Assembly: GCA_964016885.1 (NCBI GenBank)
Contig: OZ024749.1
Location: forward strand, 11,842,001-11,906,000
Direction: 5' to 3'
Length of the DNA: 64,000 bases
From: Eledone cirrhosa
Lineage: Eukaryota
The notes beneath the pieces were generated by a model. The model made no database searches. It was given only the letters and a program-made list of their open reading frames with translations, and was not told the DNA's origin. The position numbers were made by a program, and so were the translations under genes. Every line of letters starts with the position of its first letter. The stretch's first letter is position 1. Positions 25,850 to 40,090 of the stretch are shown piece by piece.

Positions 25850-28037
25850 CATCATCATCATCATCATCAACGTTTAACGTCCGTGTTCCACGCTTGCATG
25901 GGTTTGGACGGGGGTATTCCCACTTGAGGCAAGAGTGATTGTCTTGCTCGCATAGGACTGTCTGGCAGGTTTTCTACAGTTGGATGCCCTTCCTAACACC
26001 AACCACATTTACAGTGTGGGTCTGGGAGGTTTTTACCGTGTTGCCTACACGGCCACATTACAGCGTGGACTGTGTGTTTTTTTGTCGTGACACCTACACG
26101 ATCTCATTTGTTTCGGCCTGGATGGCGCGGCACCAACATAACTTTACATAGAACAGGGTGGTGTGGATGGGGTGGGGGTGGTGGGATGGGGTGTATTTTG
26201 TTAGAGATGCCTACTGGCTGTAGTAGGTTTTACTATGTATTTAGGTAAGGCGGGTCTTCTCTGTTACTGAGTACCGCCAAAGGTCTCGGTCCAGTGACAT
26301 TGTCTTGGAGAGGTGTAAGTGTGTGAGGTCGGAGTTTATCAGCTCATCCCAGGTTTTTCTAGGTCTGCCTATTCCGTGGCTACCGTCTATCTTTATTGCC
26401 CTGCACTTTGTTATACAGCTATCGACTTTCATGCGCATCACGTGTCCATACCAACGTAGCCTTCTCTCGAGTAAACAACATCGGATCCCTCTTATTTCTA
26501 ATTTTTTCCTTAGTTCGTTTATGCTTTGCTGTTCACGTATATTACTGTTACACATCCAGCGGAGCATGCAAGCTTCGTTCCTCTCTAGTCTGCGTATATT
26601 CTCTGCACACAATGCCCAGGTCTCACTGCCATGCAACATTGCTGTTCGTATGCAGGCATCATACAACCTGCCTTTCATTTTTAGGGAGAACCCTTTAGCA
26701 GCTAATAGTAGTATAAGCTCTCTGAACTTTTTCCAACCAGTTCTGACTCTAGCTACTGTACTTTCAGAGCACCCTCCCCCACTGCTGATTTTATCGCCCA
26801 GGTAACGGAAGCTGTCCACTATTTCTATAGAACCCTCTGCGCAATTGAAAGAGCTAGTATTTTGTGGGCACTTGCTGCTACTTATTGCACCAGAGCACCG
26901 GCCACATGTAAAATCTATGTTCTTAGTTAGCTTACCTGTGATCCCACTACATCTTTTATGCACCCATACTTTGCATTTGGGACATAAAATGGAGTTTCTA
27001 CCTACGCCTTTCCTACACACTGAACATGACCATTTCCCAGAAGGGACCGCCGCCTTATTTTCTTTCCTACAAACTAGAACTTTGGTCTTAGCCAGGTTAA
27101 TTTTAAGTCCTTTTGATTCTAGGCCTTGCTTCCATGTTTGGAATTTCTTCTCTAACTCGGCCATTGATTCAGCTATGAGTGTCAGGTCATCTGCGTATAG
27201 GAGTTCCCATGGGCAGCCGGTCTTGAACTCCTCTGTTATAGCCTGAAGGGCAATAATAAATAGTAGGGGGCTGAGAACAGAGCCCTGATGGACGCCAACT
27301 TTTTCGCTAAACTCTTCACTATATTCGTTGTTAATTCTAACCTTGCTGACTGTTTCTTTATACAATGCTTGTATAGCTCTCACAAGCCATTCGTCAACAC
27401 CTAGTTTTCTAAGAGCCCACCAGATAATGGAGCGGGGGACTCTGTCGAAAGCTTTCTCCAAGTCGACAAAAGCTAAGTAGAGGGGTTTACCTTTAGCTAG
27501 GTACTTCTCCTGTAGTTGTCGTACAATGAAAAGAGCGTCTATGGTACTTTTGCCTGACACAAACCCGAACTGCATTTCATCTAGGTCAATTCTCTCTCTG
27601 ATTAGTTGCGCTATTACTTTTTCCGTGACCTTCATGACCTGGTCGATTAATTTAATGCCTCTATAGTTACTCCTATCTAGGGCATCTCCTTTACCCTTAT
27701 AACAGTTAACGATGATGCTGTTATGCCAGTCCTTCGGAACAACCCCATTCTGTACGACTTGGTTAACTATGCGGGTGACCATGGTGTGTCCCACCGTGCC
27801 AGATGCCTTCAGCATCTCAGCAACTATTTCCGAAGGCCCAGCCGCCTTACCTGTCTTCATATCCTTGATTGCCTTACTTATTATACTCCCTTCGACTAAC
27901 ACTGCTGGTCCCTCTATTGGGTCGATGTGGGGGAGACTGTCTTTCTCCCATTTAATCTCCTCATTTAGTAGCCTTTCATAGTGACACTTCCAAGCTACCT
28001 TCTTATCAGCGTCGGTGATGGCAAGTACGCCATCGTA
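25849..28037 (-). mobile_element. RTE-clade LINE, 5'-truncated, with full 3' UTR and (GAT)n tail
   Basis: RT motifs NYRGIKL, QFGF, FVDLEKAFD, GVHQG, YADD, YLG, RLRWYGHV; true coding ~26241-28035; tail gttaaacgttgatgatg. Confidence 0.93.
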
Positions 28038-28187
28038 TATATATGTATATATATATATATGTATATATATACATATATATATGCTGTGATAATAAAAACA
28101 TGCACAGAGGGTAAAAATGAACGATGATGTTAATTTAACCGTGAATTCCCTCCCGGGTCCTATATTGATCATTATTTTGCTTTCCTA

Positions 28188-28225
28188 GCCCTTGATAAGC
28201 CCATTCCGGGCGAAACGTACATACA
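28188..28225 (+). ncRNA. U3:A8-type hammerhead core remnant
   Basis: TTGATAA-GCCC attcc GGGC-GAAAcgt; 3' stem I arm missing. Confidence 0.5.
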
Positions 28226-28699
28226 CGCACTATTATATAAACATGTTCTAATGGTTTTAAACTCTTTGTATTCATTACCTTTATATATATATATATACTT
28301 ATATATATATGTGTGTGTTGGATGGTAGCTAAGATGCTTCCATAGGTGGTATGGCGGTTGAGTATGATATATTATAAAATGAAAAATCAGTGATGCATCT
28401 GAACTCAATTTATTTTCGCCGGCAGATAGCTCGAGACGCGATCGTTGTGTGGATCTGTCTGAGTCTGGACACGCAGGTTCGACGGACACGTGTAATGATT
28501 TTGGAGCATATTCTCTCACTATATATATATATATATACATGTGTGTGTGTATGTGTATATATATATATACACACATACATATAGTGAATAGTAAAAGCAA
28601 GATGACTGATTGAGAGTGAAGTTGGGAGGTTTTGGGGTGAGGGAGCTGGATATGATGGCCAGATTTGTTCCCTAGAGGTAATGTTAATGAGTGTTTTAG

Positions 28700-29260
28700 A
28701 AAGGGCTTGTGAAAGGGCTCTCTGACACTCCAAAGAATGTGAAGTACTTTGCCAAAGGCATCAGTTGCTTTGGAAAGGCAATTAACAATCTCATCATCCA
28801 GAGATGCAGAGTTGTCCACCTTGCTGCCAAGGTAAGTAAATTTCAGACCTTTGCCATCAATAGTGATGGGTGCAATAGGATGCCCTTGATATGTCCGCAT
28901 CTGTTTAACACCTCCTACATGCCTGGGAGATGGGTTTGGTTGATGTACCAGCTTAGTCTTCTTAATGCTGATTGTTAGATCAAAAGCCTTACAGGCAAGT
29001 GGAAAACGGTTCATCAATGTCTGTGCTTCTTTGAGGGATGCTACAAGTACAGCATCATCAGCCAATGATACTTGTTCATGTGAGTGTTTTAGTTTTAAAG
29101 CGCTAATGGTTGAATAGCCCACCCAATGTACGGAACTCAAATCTGATACCAATGACCAAATGTCATGCTGGAGCATTACAGAAAAGAACAGAGCAAAGAA
29201 GACAGGAGCCATGGCACAACCCTGCTGCGTACAATTTGTAACAGCAAAGGGTTCAGACCA
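28700..29260 (-). mobile_element. Degenerate RTE/BovB-like RT fragment
   Basis: QGCAMAPVFFALFF, LADDA, LTISIKKTK, FTYLGS. Confidence 0.75.
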
Positions 29261-29269
29261 TCTGTGAGA

Positions 29270-29470
29270 TATATTTCCTGTTTCATATCTCCTGTGACAT
29301 TCCTACTTTGATGTCTACTGCGACAGGTCTGTGACATATGTACTATAACATCTTCTGTGACATATCCTCTGTGATATCTCCTGTGACATATCTACTGACA
29401 TATGTCCTGTGACAACTTGTGTGACATATCCACAGTGACATCTATTCTGACATATCTAATGCTCCTGCAA
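29270..29470. repeat. Degenerate short tandem repeat (ctgtgacatat motif)
   Basis: Direct inspection. Confidence 0.7.
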
Positions 29471-30830
29471 CATGTTAATTAAGTACTGATCCAAGAATGA
29501 TGTAAACTGTAGGTCGACAACTGGGATGTGTTAAATTGTGGCCAGAGTTCTAAATTTCCAACTATTTCAGAGACACACACTGGCACTTCAATCTTTCACT
29601 CCACTATGATATAAAATAATAAATTATGGGGACCCTAGGCTTCATTGTGAATAATATGACCCTGGGTACAACTTATCTTCCAGTGTGACATACACAAGTA
29701 TATATGGTGTATGTGTATATATAGAGTATATGCATATATGCAGTAAATACAGGAATATATATGGTGTGAATGTGTACATATGATGTATGTATGCAGAATA
29801 AATATATACACACACACACAGTGTATGTGTGCTATATATGCAGTATATGAAAGTGTGCATAAATTAATGTTTGTTGAAAGAAATGTTTACAGAAATAAGA
29901 AAATGATACAAATTTTATTTTCAAAATTAGATTGTTAAATTACAAAGAATATAAAAATAACATTCACAAAAAAAAAAAAAATGTCTTGAAATGAGAAAGA
30001 TTATGAAAGTGGAGTTTCCATGTAGGGTGTGTGAGAGGGGCTGTAGGGTTTTAATATCAATATCATTTTAAGGCTCCATACTAAGGCTACAGTGTCTTGA
30101 AAGACAAAATATTATCACATACAAGGAGAAGCCTCTCAAAAGGTTCTAATGAAATCTTCAACACCCATTTCAGCCTCCTTGTGGGGCCAGACATTGTTGG
30201 CACCCCTACTTTAAATAGCATGCATGATAAACCAAAGGAAATAGTGGCCCCCTTCATATCTGAATTCAGTTATCCACTGTCTTTCCTTGCTTGCTATCAT
30301 AGCTCTTAATATTCTTTAAAATGCAAGAAAGAATTTGGTCATTCTAATATTTGTAGTATTTTAACTAGTAAACAGATTGCTGTGAAACTTTGCAGTAAAC
30401 TAAAGACTTTGTTACTGTCATGTAATAATAATTGTTTCTAATTTTGGCACAAGGCCAGCAATTACCTCAGTGCATTACTGGTACTTTTATTATATTGACG
30501 CCGTAGGAATAGAAGGAAAAGTTAACCTCGGCGGGATTTGATGTTGTTTTGTACTTTATCAAGAATGTCCTGCTCCTGTTTCATATGGTACCAGACATTA
30601 AGAGTTAACAGAACATAGTAAGTAGAGTTTTTTACATTTTAAACATGGTTTTGATGTAAAATGTTGCAAACGTTTTTCTATTTTTACCCCCAGTCCCGCA
30701 GAGGCCAAACCAGACTGAAAACTAACGATGCTCATTGGTCTATTTTACCATTTTCTAATTCCACTTTAAAACACACTTTCATTATATGTATACACCCACC
30801 CAAACACACACATATATATATACACTATGC

Positions 30831-30873
<43 letters not shown>

Positions 30874-31159
30874 CGATCGACTTTTGTCAAATCGGACCGA
30901 GGAAACAATGTTTCCGTTGGTCTTTCCAATTGCTAATACTATCTACCAGTCGCAACTCCAGGTAGAAGGAGCAACGTGAAAATAAAGTGTCTTGCTCAAG
31001 GACATAACGCATTGGTCCAGGAATCGAACTCACAACCTCACGATTGCGAATCCAATTCTCTAACCACTCAGCCACACGCCTTCACTATATATATACATAT
31101 ATATATATACAGTATATATATATATACAGTATATATATATATATACAGTATATATATAG

Positions 31160-31191
<32 letters not shown>

Positions 31192-31302
31192 GTATATATA
31201 TATATATAGTATATATATATATATACATATATATATATAGTATATATATACAGTATATATATATATATACAGTATATATATATATATACAGTATATATAT
31301 AG

Positions 31303-31338
<36 letters not shown>

Positions 31339-31512
31339 GTATATATATAGTATATATATATATATACATATATATATATAGTATATATATATATACATAT
31401 ACATATATATATATACATATAGTATATATATATACATATATATATATACATATAGTATATATATATACATATATATATATACATATATATATATACATAT
31501 ATATATATATAG

Positions 31513-31544
<32 letters not shown>

Positions 31545-31576
31545 GTATATATATACATATATATATATATATATAG

Positions 31577-31671
<95 letters not shown>

Positions 31672-31675
31672 GTAT

Positions 31676-32143
31676 ACTAGCAGTGGTACCCGGCATTGCA
31701 TGGGATAAGGTATTTTGGAACGCGGGCTGCCAACAGACCTAATCATGGAAAAACTGCATCCGTGGACAATATGTAAAGAAAATAAACCGAATACTCTGAT
31801 GACCAGATAATTCTTTAAGATTTTCCTTAATGAAGCAGGAAAAATGCAGGTTTTTACCTAATGAGGGCCCTAGGGGATCAAGAAAATGAAATTTTTTTAT
31901 GTGCATAATATGTCTTGAAATTTTTGGAAAATTGGCTAGACGTAACGCCTCAAAAAAGCCCTAAAAACTGTAAAAATGAAGTTTGTTTACCTAATGCGGG
32001 CCCTAGACCATAAAAAGTTGGATTTTCTTTGCTCACGGTATGAAGAAGAGACTGACTAATACATAGTTACAATTTCAAGGAAATCAGTTTGACGTAACGC
32101 CTCAAAAAATCCCTAAAAACCTTTAAAGTTATATATATCTAAG
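31676..32143 (-). mobile_element. Probable non-autonomous Helitron
   Basis: Minus-strand 3' end cccatgcaatgccgggtaccactgCTAGT; 5' end TCttagatatatata; internal ~130-bp direct repeat. Confidence 0.6.
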
Positions 32144-32169
32144 AATACATATATATATATACATACAGT

Positions 32170-32508
32170 ATCATCATCATCATCATTTTATGTCCGCTTT
32201 TCCATGCTTGCAAAGGTAGGACGGGAACTGATTCTGGCTTGATTTCTACAGCTGGAAGCCCTTCCTAACACCAACCTCATTTACAGTGTGGGCTGGGTGC
32301 TTTTTTGCCGTGGCACCTCCACGACCACTTTGCAGTGGAATGATAGGGACCCCAGTCCCTATCATCTCATTTCTACAGCTGAGCAAACTGAAGCAATGTG
32401 AAATAAAGTGTCTTGCTCAAGGAAACAACACATCACCCGGTCTGAGAATTGAACTCACAACCTTTCAATTGCAAGGCCAATGCTCTAACCACTAAGCCAT
32501 GTGCCCCC
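32170..32508 (-). mobile_element. SINE family A copy; older related heads at 7810-8010, 30960-31083 and 42760-42975
   Basis: Closely matches 48890-49230. Confidence 0.85.
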
Positions 32509-32886
32509 ATAGTATATATATATACATATATATATATACAGTATATATATATATATACTTATATATATACGCAGTATATATATACATATATATATATACA
32601 TACCACCAGCGCTCTATCTCAAAATTATTTTTGAGAAGCATTGGAAATGCGCAACCGGTAAAAACTTAAAACTAAATACTAACCAATACTTATTACTAAT
32701 TTATACTTATCCCTAATTATACTTATCCCTAATTTCACTGGGAAAAATTTGTCAGCATTTTCTTTTCCTTTAAACTAATATATATATATATATACTTATA
32801 TATATATATATACTTATATATATATATATATACTTATATATATATATATATATACTTGTATATATATATATACTTATATATATATA

Positions 32887-32954
32887 TTCGCCAGGTGGGT
32901 GCTATTAAGTTAGACATGGCCTGGGCCAATACTGGCCGAAACCTATCAAAGTTA
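32887..32954 (+). mobile_element. Isolated 3' UTR of the 18.4-21.5 kb CR1 family in a TA tract
   Basis: Near-identical to 21485-21562. Confidence 0.8.
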
Positions 32955-33035
32955 TATATATACAGTATATATATATATATACATATATACATGCATATAT
33001 ACATACATGCATATATACATACATATATATACACA

Positions 33036-33069
<34 letters not shown>

Positions 33070-33122
33070 CATATATATATATACACATATATATATATAT
33101 ATATACACATATATATATACAC

Positions 33123-33155
<33 letters not shown>

Positions 33156-33328
33156 TATATACATATATATATATATACATACACATATATACATACACAT
33201 ATATATACACATACACATATATATATACACATACATATATATATATATACATACACATATATATACACATACACATATATATATACACATATATATATAC
33301 ACATACACATATATATATACACATACAC

Positions 33329-33374
<46 letters not shown>

Positions 33375-34028
33375 TATATATATATATGAAATACCAATAT
33401 ATGGAACATTACATTCATGTAACCATCTTTCTTTACCTTAGTTTATATTCCTTATCAATATTTTCATTATCTCTTTTCAAGTTCTGATGAACTGCTCCAT
33501 TTTTACCTAAGTTAATTATCTTCATCTGAACAAGATCAATAATGATCTATAATCATTTGATCCAGAAACAATATATAGAGTAGCGAATCAATTGTAAACG
33601 GACATTATTATTATTCTTTACATTCCTTACATTAAACTACAACTATGTTGACAATCTTTAAATAATGTCTTCCTTGTGAAGTTTGTGGTCTTGTTTTGCT
33701 TAACTAATGAATATTTCCAGCTCTGTGCACCTAACCTCTGCATGAACCCAGCCACCTAGCTGCCTTCCACTGCATATTGCACATTGAGCACATGCCTTTA
33801 CGCTTTGGCTTCTAATTCACCAATCTCTCTTCTCCTCTCCTATCTCCCTCTCTCTCTTTAAGATTGGTTGACTCTTGAACTGTGTATATATATATATAGT
33901 ATATAGATACACACAGTATATATACATATATATATACAGTATATACATATACATATATATATATATACATATATATATATAAATATTTTTATATATAGTG
34001 TATATATATATATACACACATATACAGC

Positions 34029-34060
<32 letters not shown>

Positions 34061-34344
34061 ATTCATACACATATATATATTCATACACATATATATATAC
34101 ATACACACATATATATATACAGTAATAGGAGAAAGTATGACCCCGACGGCAGAGCTCAAGCCGTTTTGACGGCTATTTCTGGACTAAATTATATACATAC
34201 ACACATATATATATACATATATACAGTATATATATATACATATATATATACAGTATATATATATATATACACAACATATATACTGTACATATATATACTG
34301 TACATATATATATGTACAGTATATATATATATACATACAGTATA

Positions 34345-34868
34345 TATGAAGCAGCTGGAACAGTTCCACATGCGCAGCCTGTGGTCAATCATGAACATGA
34401 AATGGCAGGACAAGGTCTCCAACCTCGAAGTTCTTGACATGGCTGAGACAACCAGTGTCGAAGCTATGATACTGCAGAGCCAACTGGACGATCACAGGCT
34501 TCCGAAGCAACTGATGTATGGGGAAGTCTGCTCGGGGAAACGAAAGCGGGGCAGGCCTCTCAAGAGGTTCAAAGACTGCGTGAAGTCCAGTATCAACAAC
34601 ACTGGAATCACGGACAAAACAACTCCTGTCTCATGCTCAGGACAGGACTGAGTGGCGAGCCCTTACCAGATGCCCCAAAGACTCTTTTGAAGAGAAGTGA
34701 CGGGCAGAGGTCACCGAGGCCCATGAAAGGAGGAGAAAGGCATCAACAGCTACCCCAAGCAACTCCGGTCTCTCCCACTGTCCCCGGACCTGCAAGTGCC
34801 TATGGCAGACGCAAACTAAAATAAAGATGTCATCATCATTTACGATGGACAACCAAAAAGAAGACAGT
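34345..34868 (+). mobile_element. RTE/BovB-like 3' fragment
   Basis: LEQFHMRSL...WQDKVSNLEVL...DHRLPKQLMYGE...GRPLKRFKD. Confidence 0.8.
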
Positions 34869-34990
34869 ATATATATATATATATATATACATACATATAT
34901 ACAGTATATATATATATACAGTATATATATATACAGTATATATATACAGTATATTTATTATGGACCTAAGATCTTACGTCCATATTAAAT

Positions 34991-35063
34991 TTTCATTCTG
35001 ATGAGCGATTTCAGAGGTCTCTGTTGAGCTGGTCTGTCTTCGTGAAACCTTTAGTAAATGGAA
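34991..35063 (+). ncRNA. Canonical type I hammerhead with long stem II loop
   Basis: TTTCATT-CTGATGA-GCGA...TCGT-GAAA-C cttta GTA-AATGGAA; 7-bp stem I, GUA triplet. Confidence 0.72.
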
Positions 35064-35544
35064 TAATTGTCTTATGTTGTTTATTACATAATTAAATAGC
35101 TCGGTAGCATACATAGAGCACTCTCCTTTCCTACAGAAATACTTCATATATATATACAAACACACACACACATATATACATATAGATAACGCACATATAT
35201 CTATTTATCTATCTATCTATCTAAGGTCGGTAAAATTCCAGAGATCCATGGACGAGTTCTTTCCAGCGGTCTCTGTCCTCGTTATTGCTGCCATGTCCTG
35301 CGTCTCCAACAGACTAGTGTCTGTCCTTAAGGCATCAACATGTTAACCTTGGTCTTCCTCTTCCAGTGTGTCCATGCAGGGGCTCCCACAGAAGCACTGA
35401 GTGCAGTGTCAACTCTGGATGTCGGTGAACATGTCCAACTAACCTCAGTCTATATATATATATATACACACATATATATATACACACACATATATATACA
35501 CTGCATATATATATATATATATATATACACTATATAAATAGATG

Positions 35545-35740
35545 AAAATAGTCAGGACCCCGACGGCTGAACTCTGGCTGTTTCGATAGCTAGGTCTGGA
35601 TCTAGACGTTGAAATGGCTGGAGCTCAGCCGTTGGGGTCCTCAATCTTTTCATGCTACCCATACTACTGCCCCAAGTATTGAGTACTCTGGTGCGTTATG
35701 CTCCACCTGGTATCTTACTACACCCTCTTTGTTATATACA
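35545..35740. mobile_element. Miniature fold-back remnant of the 21.6-24.0 kb PLE family; another fragment at 34125-34190
   Basis: Inverted pair gaccccgacggctg...cagccgttggggtc, plus tail caagtattgagtactctggtgcgttatg matching 23960-24020. Confidence 0.7.
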
Positions 35741-36035
35741 CTATATATTTATATATATTCCATTTTATTATAAAATATGATAAAATATGATACATTTTAA
35801 GCTTTCAGTCAAAATAAATAAAAAATTCTGTATTCAAATAACTTTGAACAATATCTTTAAAAATATATACTGTTTCTATATAGATAAAAAAATTATAAAT
35901 GTTTAAATTTTGAATTTTAAATTTAGAGCCATAGACTTCTAAATGAGGGAAAAGTTGTACAAGTTTGAGATTTTTTTCGTAGAAAAAAAATGTTTTGAAT
36001 CTATTTTAGGAAAACTAAACAAAAAATGAAATATT

Positions 36036-36190
36036 TCAGAAAATAAAAAGGTTTATGAAGATGCTACTACAAGACAACAAAACAGCAAAGATGGTTGCTC
36101 TATTCTTAACACTACTGTTTAAAATATAAATAGTATTTGGTTTTCTGTAAGGGTCAAAGCCATGGTCAAAACGTTGTGGACAGTCATCAT
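36036..36190 (-). CDS. Host gene terminal coding exon (YDDCPQRFDHGFDPY...ATIFAVLLSCSSIFINLFIF*), hydrophobic C-terminus
   Basis: Acceptor tatttttcag, phase 1, ends in TGA; candidate AATAAA on the minus strand near 35764-35769. Confidence 0.88.
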
Positions 36191-36769
36191 CTGAAAAATA
36201 TGTTTTAAGTTTATTCATTGGACTTACAATATAAAACAAAATTCAAATTGAAATGGAAGCTTTCTCCATATTTTTGACTAAAGGAATTTTAGCCTGACAG
36301 TGGGGTTTAAGAACCCTTTAAGAAATGGAAAAAGATGAGTATTGATGTATACTCATCTTTTTCCATTCCTTAAAGGCTAACATTCCTTTAGTCAAAAATA
36401 CGGCGAAATCTTCTATTTCTATTTTCAATCTTGCTCGCTGTTTCAAAACAAACTTGCTTGTCAAAATTCAAATTATTTTAAAAGGTTGTTTCAAGTACTC
36501 ATTTAAAATTTTGATATTTGAAATTTTGTCATTATCATCATTTTCTCTATTGGTATAGTTTGGACAGGTTGTCACCATATCACTACTAGAGATACTGATT
36601 GGGGTAACACGTCTCTCTTGTTCCAGTTCTGGCATAGTTACTGGATGACCTTCGTAATGTATGAAGTGTGTCAGTAACAGAACTTAGTGTGCTGTTGAGC
36701 CATGAGGGGTAGAGATAAGTGGGTTGTTTTACCATGTTACATAATATCTAAGGAATATATAACCGGGAT

Positions 36770-37675
36770 CTCAGCTCTCTGCAGCCATTGTATAATTTTT
36801 CATGTTTTTGTCAACAGCTCCTCAATTTTAGACAACTGAGCAACGAACCAACCTGAAGTGTCTGTCCCGGCTAGAGAAAACTCAAGCAGAAGCTCTCAGA
36901 ATACTGCAGCAAGTGTATGGAGACAATGTCACGTTTATGGGGTTTTAAGTGACAGAAAAGGTTCAAAGAGGGATGTGAGGATGTGAAAGACGAGGAAGGA
37001 CAATGTTGAGTACTGAAGCTGCTGAACAATGACTAGAAGGAGCAGCACATATATGTCAGGACATCCTTGAATGTCTTGAAACTGAGTCTTGCTGGGGAGA
37101 GTCATCAGCAGTGATGAATCTTCTAGTATGACACAGGGACCAAGTCCCAGAGTCTTCCAGTGGATGAGTCTGGAGTTGGTGAGAAGAACAGCCAAAGTTT
37201 AAAGACAAACTCTTGTTGATCACATTCTTCAATGTGAGGGTGATCAACAGAGTTATTGCCACAGGGCCAGATAATCAACCAACATGTCTACAAAGGGATC
37301 CTGCAGCATTTGTTTTGTTAATTGTGTGAGAAGAGGTGAGAGTTATGCCTGCTTCACCACGGCAACACCCCCACCATCCAGCAGTTCCTGGCAGAAACCA
37401 ACATTGCCATGTAGGAGCAACCTTCCTACTCAACTGACCTAACCCCATGTGATTTTTTTCCTTTTCCTCAAGAGGACCCTTTTCCAGTCACGGAAGCCAT
37501 CAAGAGGTCCATGATGACAGTTGTGGAGAATCCTTCCAGGAGTACATGGAGGCATGGTGGAAAAGGATGGGTAAGTGTGTCAGGCTCAAGGGGGATTATT
37601 TCAAAGAGGAAAAGTTTGGATTTGAAATATTTTTTTGTGGTCCCCGTCATATTTCTTTTCTGACACGCCTCGTAA
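36770..37675 (+). mobile_element. Degenerate mariner transposon
   Basis: EQRTNLK...LQQVYGDN; PSYSTDLTPCDFF; terminal ttctgacacgcctcgTA. Confidence 0.75.
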
Positions 37676-37755
37676 TTCATCTTACAGAGTGTACTGTGTG
37701 TATTTTATCATGGCACCAACTCCAGAGAGGTTGTCATATCCATGACATGACTTTT

Positions 37756-38984
37756 TACAGGGTGTCCAGGCTAAATTTGACAGTTTTTTTTTAACAAAAA
37801 TAAATTTATTGGAAAAATTGAAAGTAGCATAAAGATTAAAACAATCAAAAGAAAAAATTTACTGAAAGAAGCCACCCTCAGCATCCACCACGGCCTCAAT
37901 CAGGCTCTGGAATATGGCATAAGTGGCCTTCACGGTGTCCCTAGGGAGGGCCTCAAATACCTCCTCAATCCTGTCGATCAGCTGGGTCTTGGGGTTACAG
38001 GCAGTGTGGTTGGTGTCTTTCTCAACCACGCCCCACACATAATAATCCATAGGATTGCAATGAGGGGAGTTAAGGGGCCAAAGGTTGGGGAAGGTGAAGT
38101 CTTAAAAATTCTCTGACAACCACTTGTGTCTAATGAGAGGTGTGACAGGGCACTGAAACCAGCTCTCACACATATATAGTCTTCCAGAAGCCACCCTCTC
38201 CAACTAAGACTTAACTATGGTAATCAGCAACTCCACATAGCCAGCTGAATTGAGCTTGAGACTCTGTTCAAAGATGTGCGGTGGCATGACATCACCTTCA
38301 CTGGAGACTTATCCAAAAACCATTACAGTTTGGTCTTCATGACACGAGGGACATTATATGAATTGTAGGTAAGCCATCTGTTGTTCTGGGTGTTGTGAAC
38401 CCAGTCCTGACAAAAATTCTTTTCATCAGAGAAGAAACCAGATTATCCTTGGTTCAACAGGATGTTTCACTTTTTTCAGGAGTTTCTTTGCCTTTGTCAG
38501 GCGGTTAACTTGAGCCTTTTCTGTAAGAAGTTGGCCTTTATGCCTCTTGTATGAGTGGTAGCAGAGGTCCTCATTTAAGGCCAGCTTCATGGTGGAAGCT
38601 GCAACACCCATTTCCCACGCTAAAGCTCACATTCCCTTGCCTGTGTGTTTCATCACTTTCTCCTGTAGTTGTTGGATAAATTCTGGTGTATGGAGGCTAT
38701 CAGAACATTTGCTGCGTTCTTTCTTACAAGCCATGGCTTCCTCCGTTGCAGTTCTTCATTTGATGTCTTATTGCTCTCACAGTGTTCAAAGGCACGAATC
38801 ATCATCATGCAGGTTACCCTTTTCCAATATTTAGGTGGTTTCCTCTTGTCCATTTCAGTCAACTTTGACATCTTTAAAACTGTCATGATTAGGTTTCACA
38901 ATGCTGTTCACTTTTCACAGATATAAGGGAATATTTGAAAATAAAATTTAAAAATTAGGCTATGAAATTTATCCCGAACCTGTA
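37756..38984 (-). mobile_element. Degenerate IS630/Tc1/mariner element (maT-like)
   Basis: TIRs TAcagggtgtccaggctaaattt / aaatttatcccgaacctgTA; WPLNSPHCNPMDYYVWGVVEK...AVVDAEGGF. Confidence 0.75.
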
Positions 38985-39246
38985 TATATCAAGTGATATA
39001 AAATGTATAGTTTATGGCCAGTACAACCACTGAGAACGACAGCTGCAGCTATGAATGACAGCTGCACCTGTGAAGGACAGGTACAGCTGTATATGTAGGA
39101 TCAGTTCATAGTTGCAGAAACTTTAGTACAGGAATTATTGGTATAACATTTACCATGATCCACATACAGACATCCCCATTACAAACACCTTAGTGTGGAC
39201 ACTCTGAGAGTGAGTAGTAGGCCAGCTGGGGTTATACAGATTGTTA

Positions 39247-39307
<61 letters not shown>

Positions 39308-39485
39308 AACAATAAGAATTGCAGCTTTTTGTAAACTTTATTACATATTACAATTGTTTCTATATCGATCAGCTCGGGTTTGATCATGTGATTGGATCCC
39401 GACTCTTAATCGATACTTTATGAGAGTTTACATGGTTGGTCTCATCCATGTCAACAGTTTGGATGAGACCACCCATGTAAACTCA

Positions 39486-39572
39486 CATATCGGAAGAAGT
39501 GTCGATTAAGAGTCGGGATCCGATCACATGAGCAAACCCGAGCTGATCGATATAGAAACAATTTGTAATATG
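39486..39572 (+). ncRNA. Hammerhead-like motif with CGGAAGA core and extended stem II
   Basis: CATAT-CGGAAGA-agTGTCGAT...ATCGATAta-GAAA-C aattt GTA-ATATG; the inverted arm keeps the palindromic stem III ACAATTGT but has lost the core. Confidence 0.55.
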
Positions 39573-39744
39573 AAATAAAGTTTACAAAAAGCTGCAATTC
39601 TTATTGTTACTTTATATATAATCTGCAAAATACAGCCGCCTTAAACCTGGAGCACAACACAATGAAAGGGACTCAGTAACAGTACTTCGACCAGCGTCAC
39701 CACTAGTAACTACAAGTTACCCATCTAATAATATATATATATAT

Positions 39745-40090
39745 GACGTATTATCTTCGTTTTTTCCGTTCATTGCCAGAGAATGTCTCTATGAAACACC
39801 TAATAGAATATTAGTCTATGACTTCTTTTATACCATAAACGTGGTTTTGTCTTTGCGTGTAATTGTTTTTCACCGCTCCAAATAATGACGTATTATATTC
39901 GTTTTTTCCTGTTCTTTGCCAGGGAACGTTTCCACGAACCAAAGTATCGTCTTCCTGTCTTCCTCCGGTTGCAACGTTTTTTTGAAATATTTACTTCTGC
40001 GTTCACAGATTGACTTTGTTAGTTTCAGAAGATCCCGTTAAGGGTGAAAGCAGCGATTCTTTGCTTAAACTTTAATCTGTTATTTTAATA
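39745..40090 (+). repeat. Copy of the 575-830 repeat with internal partial duplication
   Basis: atgacgtattat...gttctttgccag segment occurs twice. Confidence 0.75.
40021..40071 (+). ncRNA. Second copy of the U4A hammerhead-like motif
   Basis: Same sequence as 762-812. Confidence 0.65.

Noticed and set aside
28038-28172. N-terminus of the 643-aa RTE ORF
   Set aside because: Similarity to the full copy stops at ~28037; upstream sequence is microsatellite and unrelated DNA
33484-33575. CTGATGA and CTGAACA...GAAA hammerhead candidates (also 1950 and ~50-86 minus)
   Set aside because: Cores incomplete or stems I and III not recoverable
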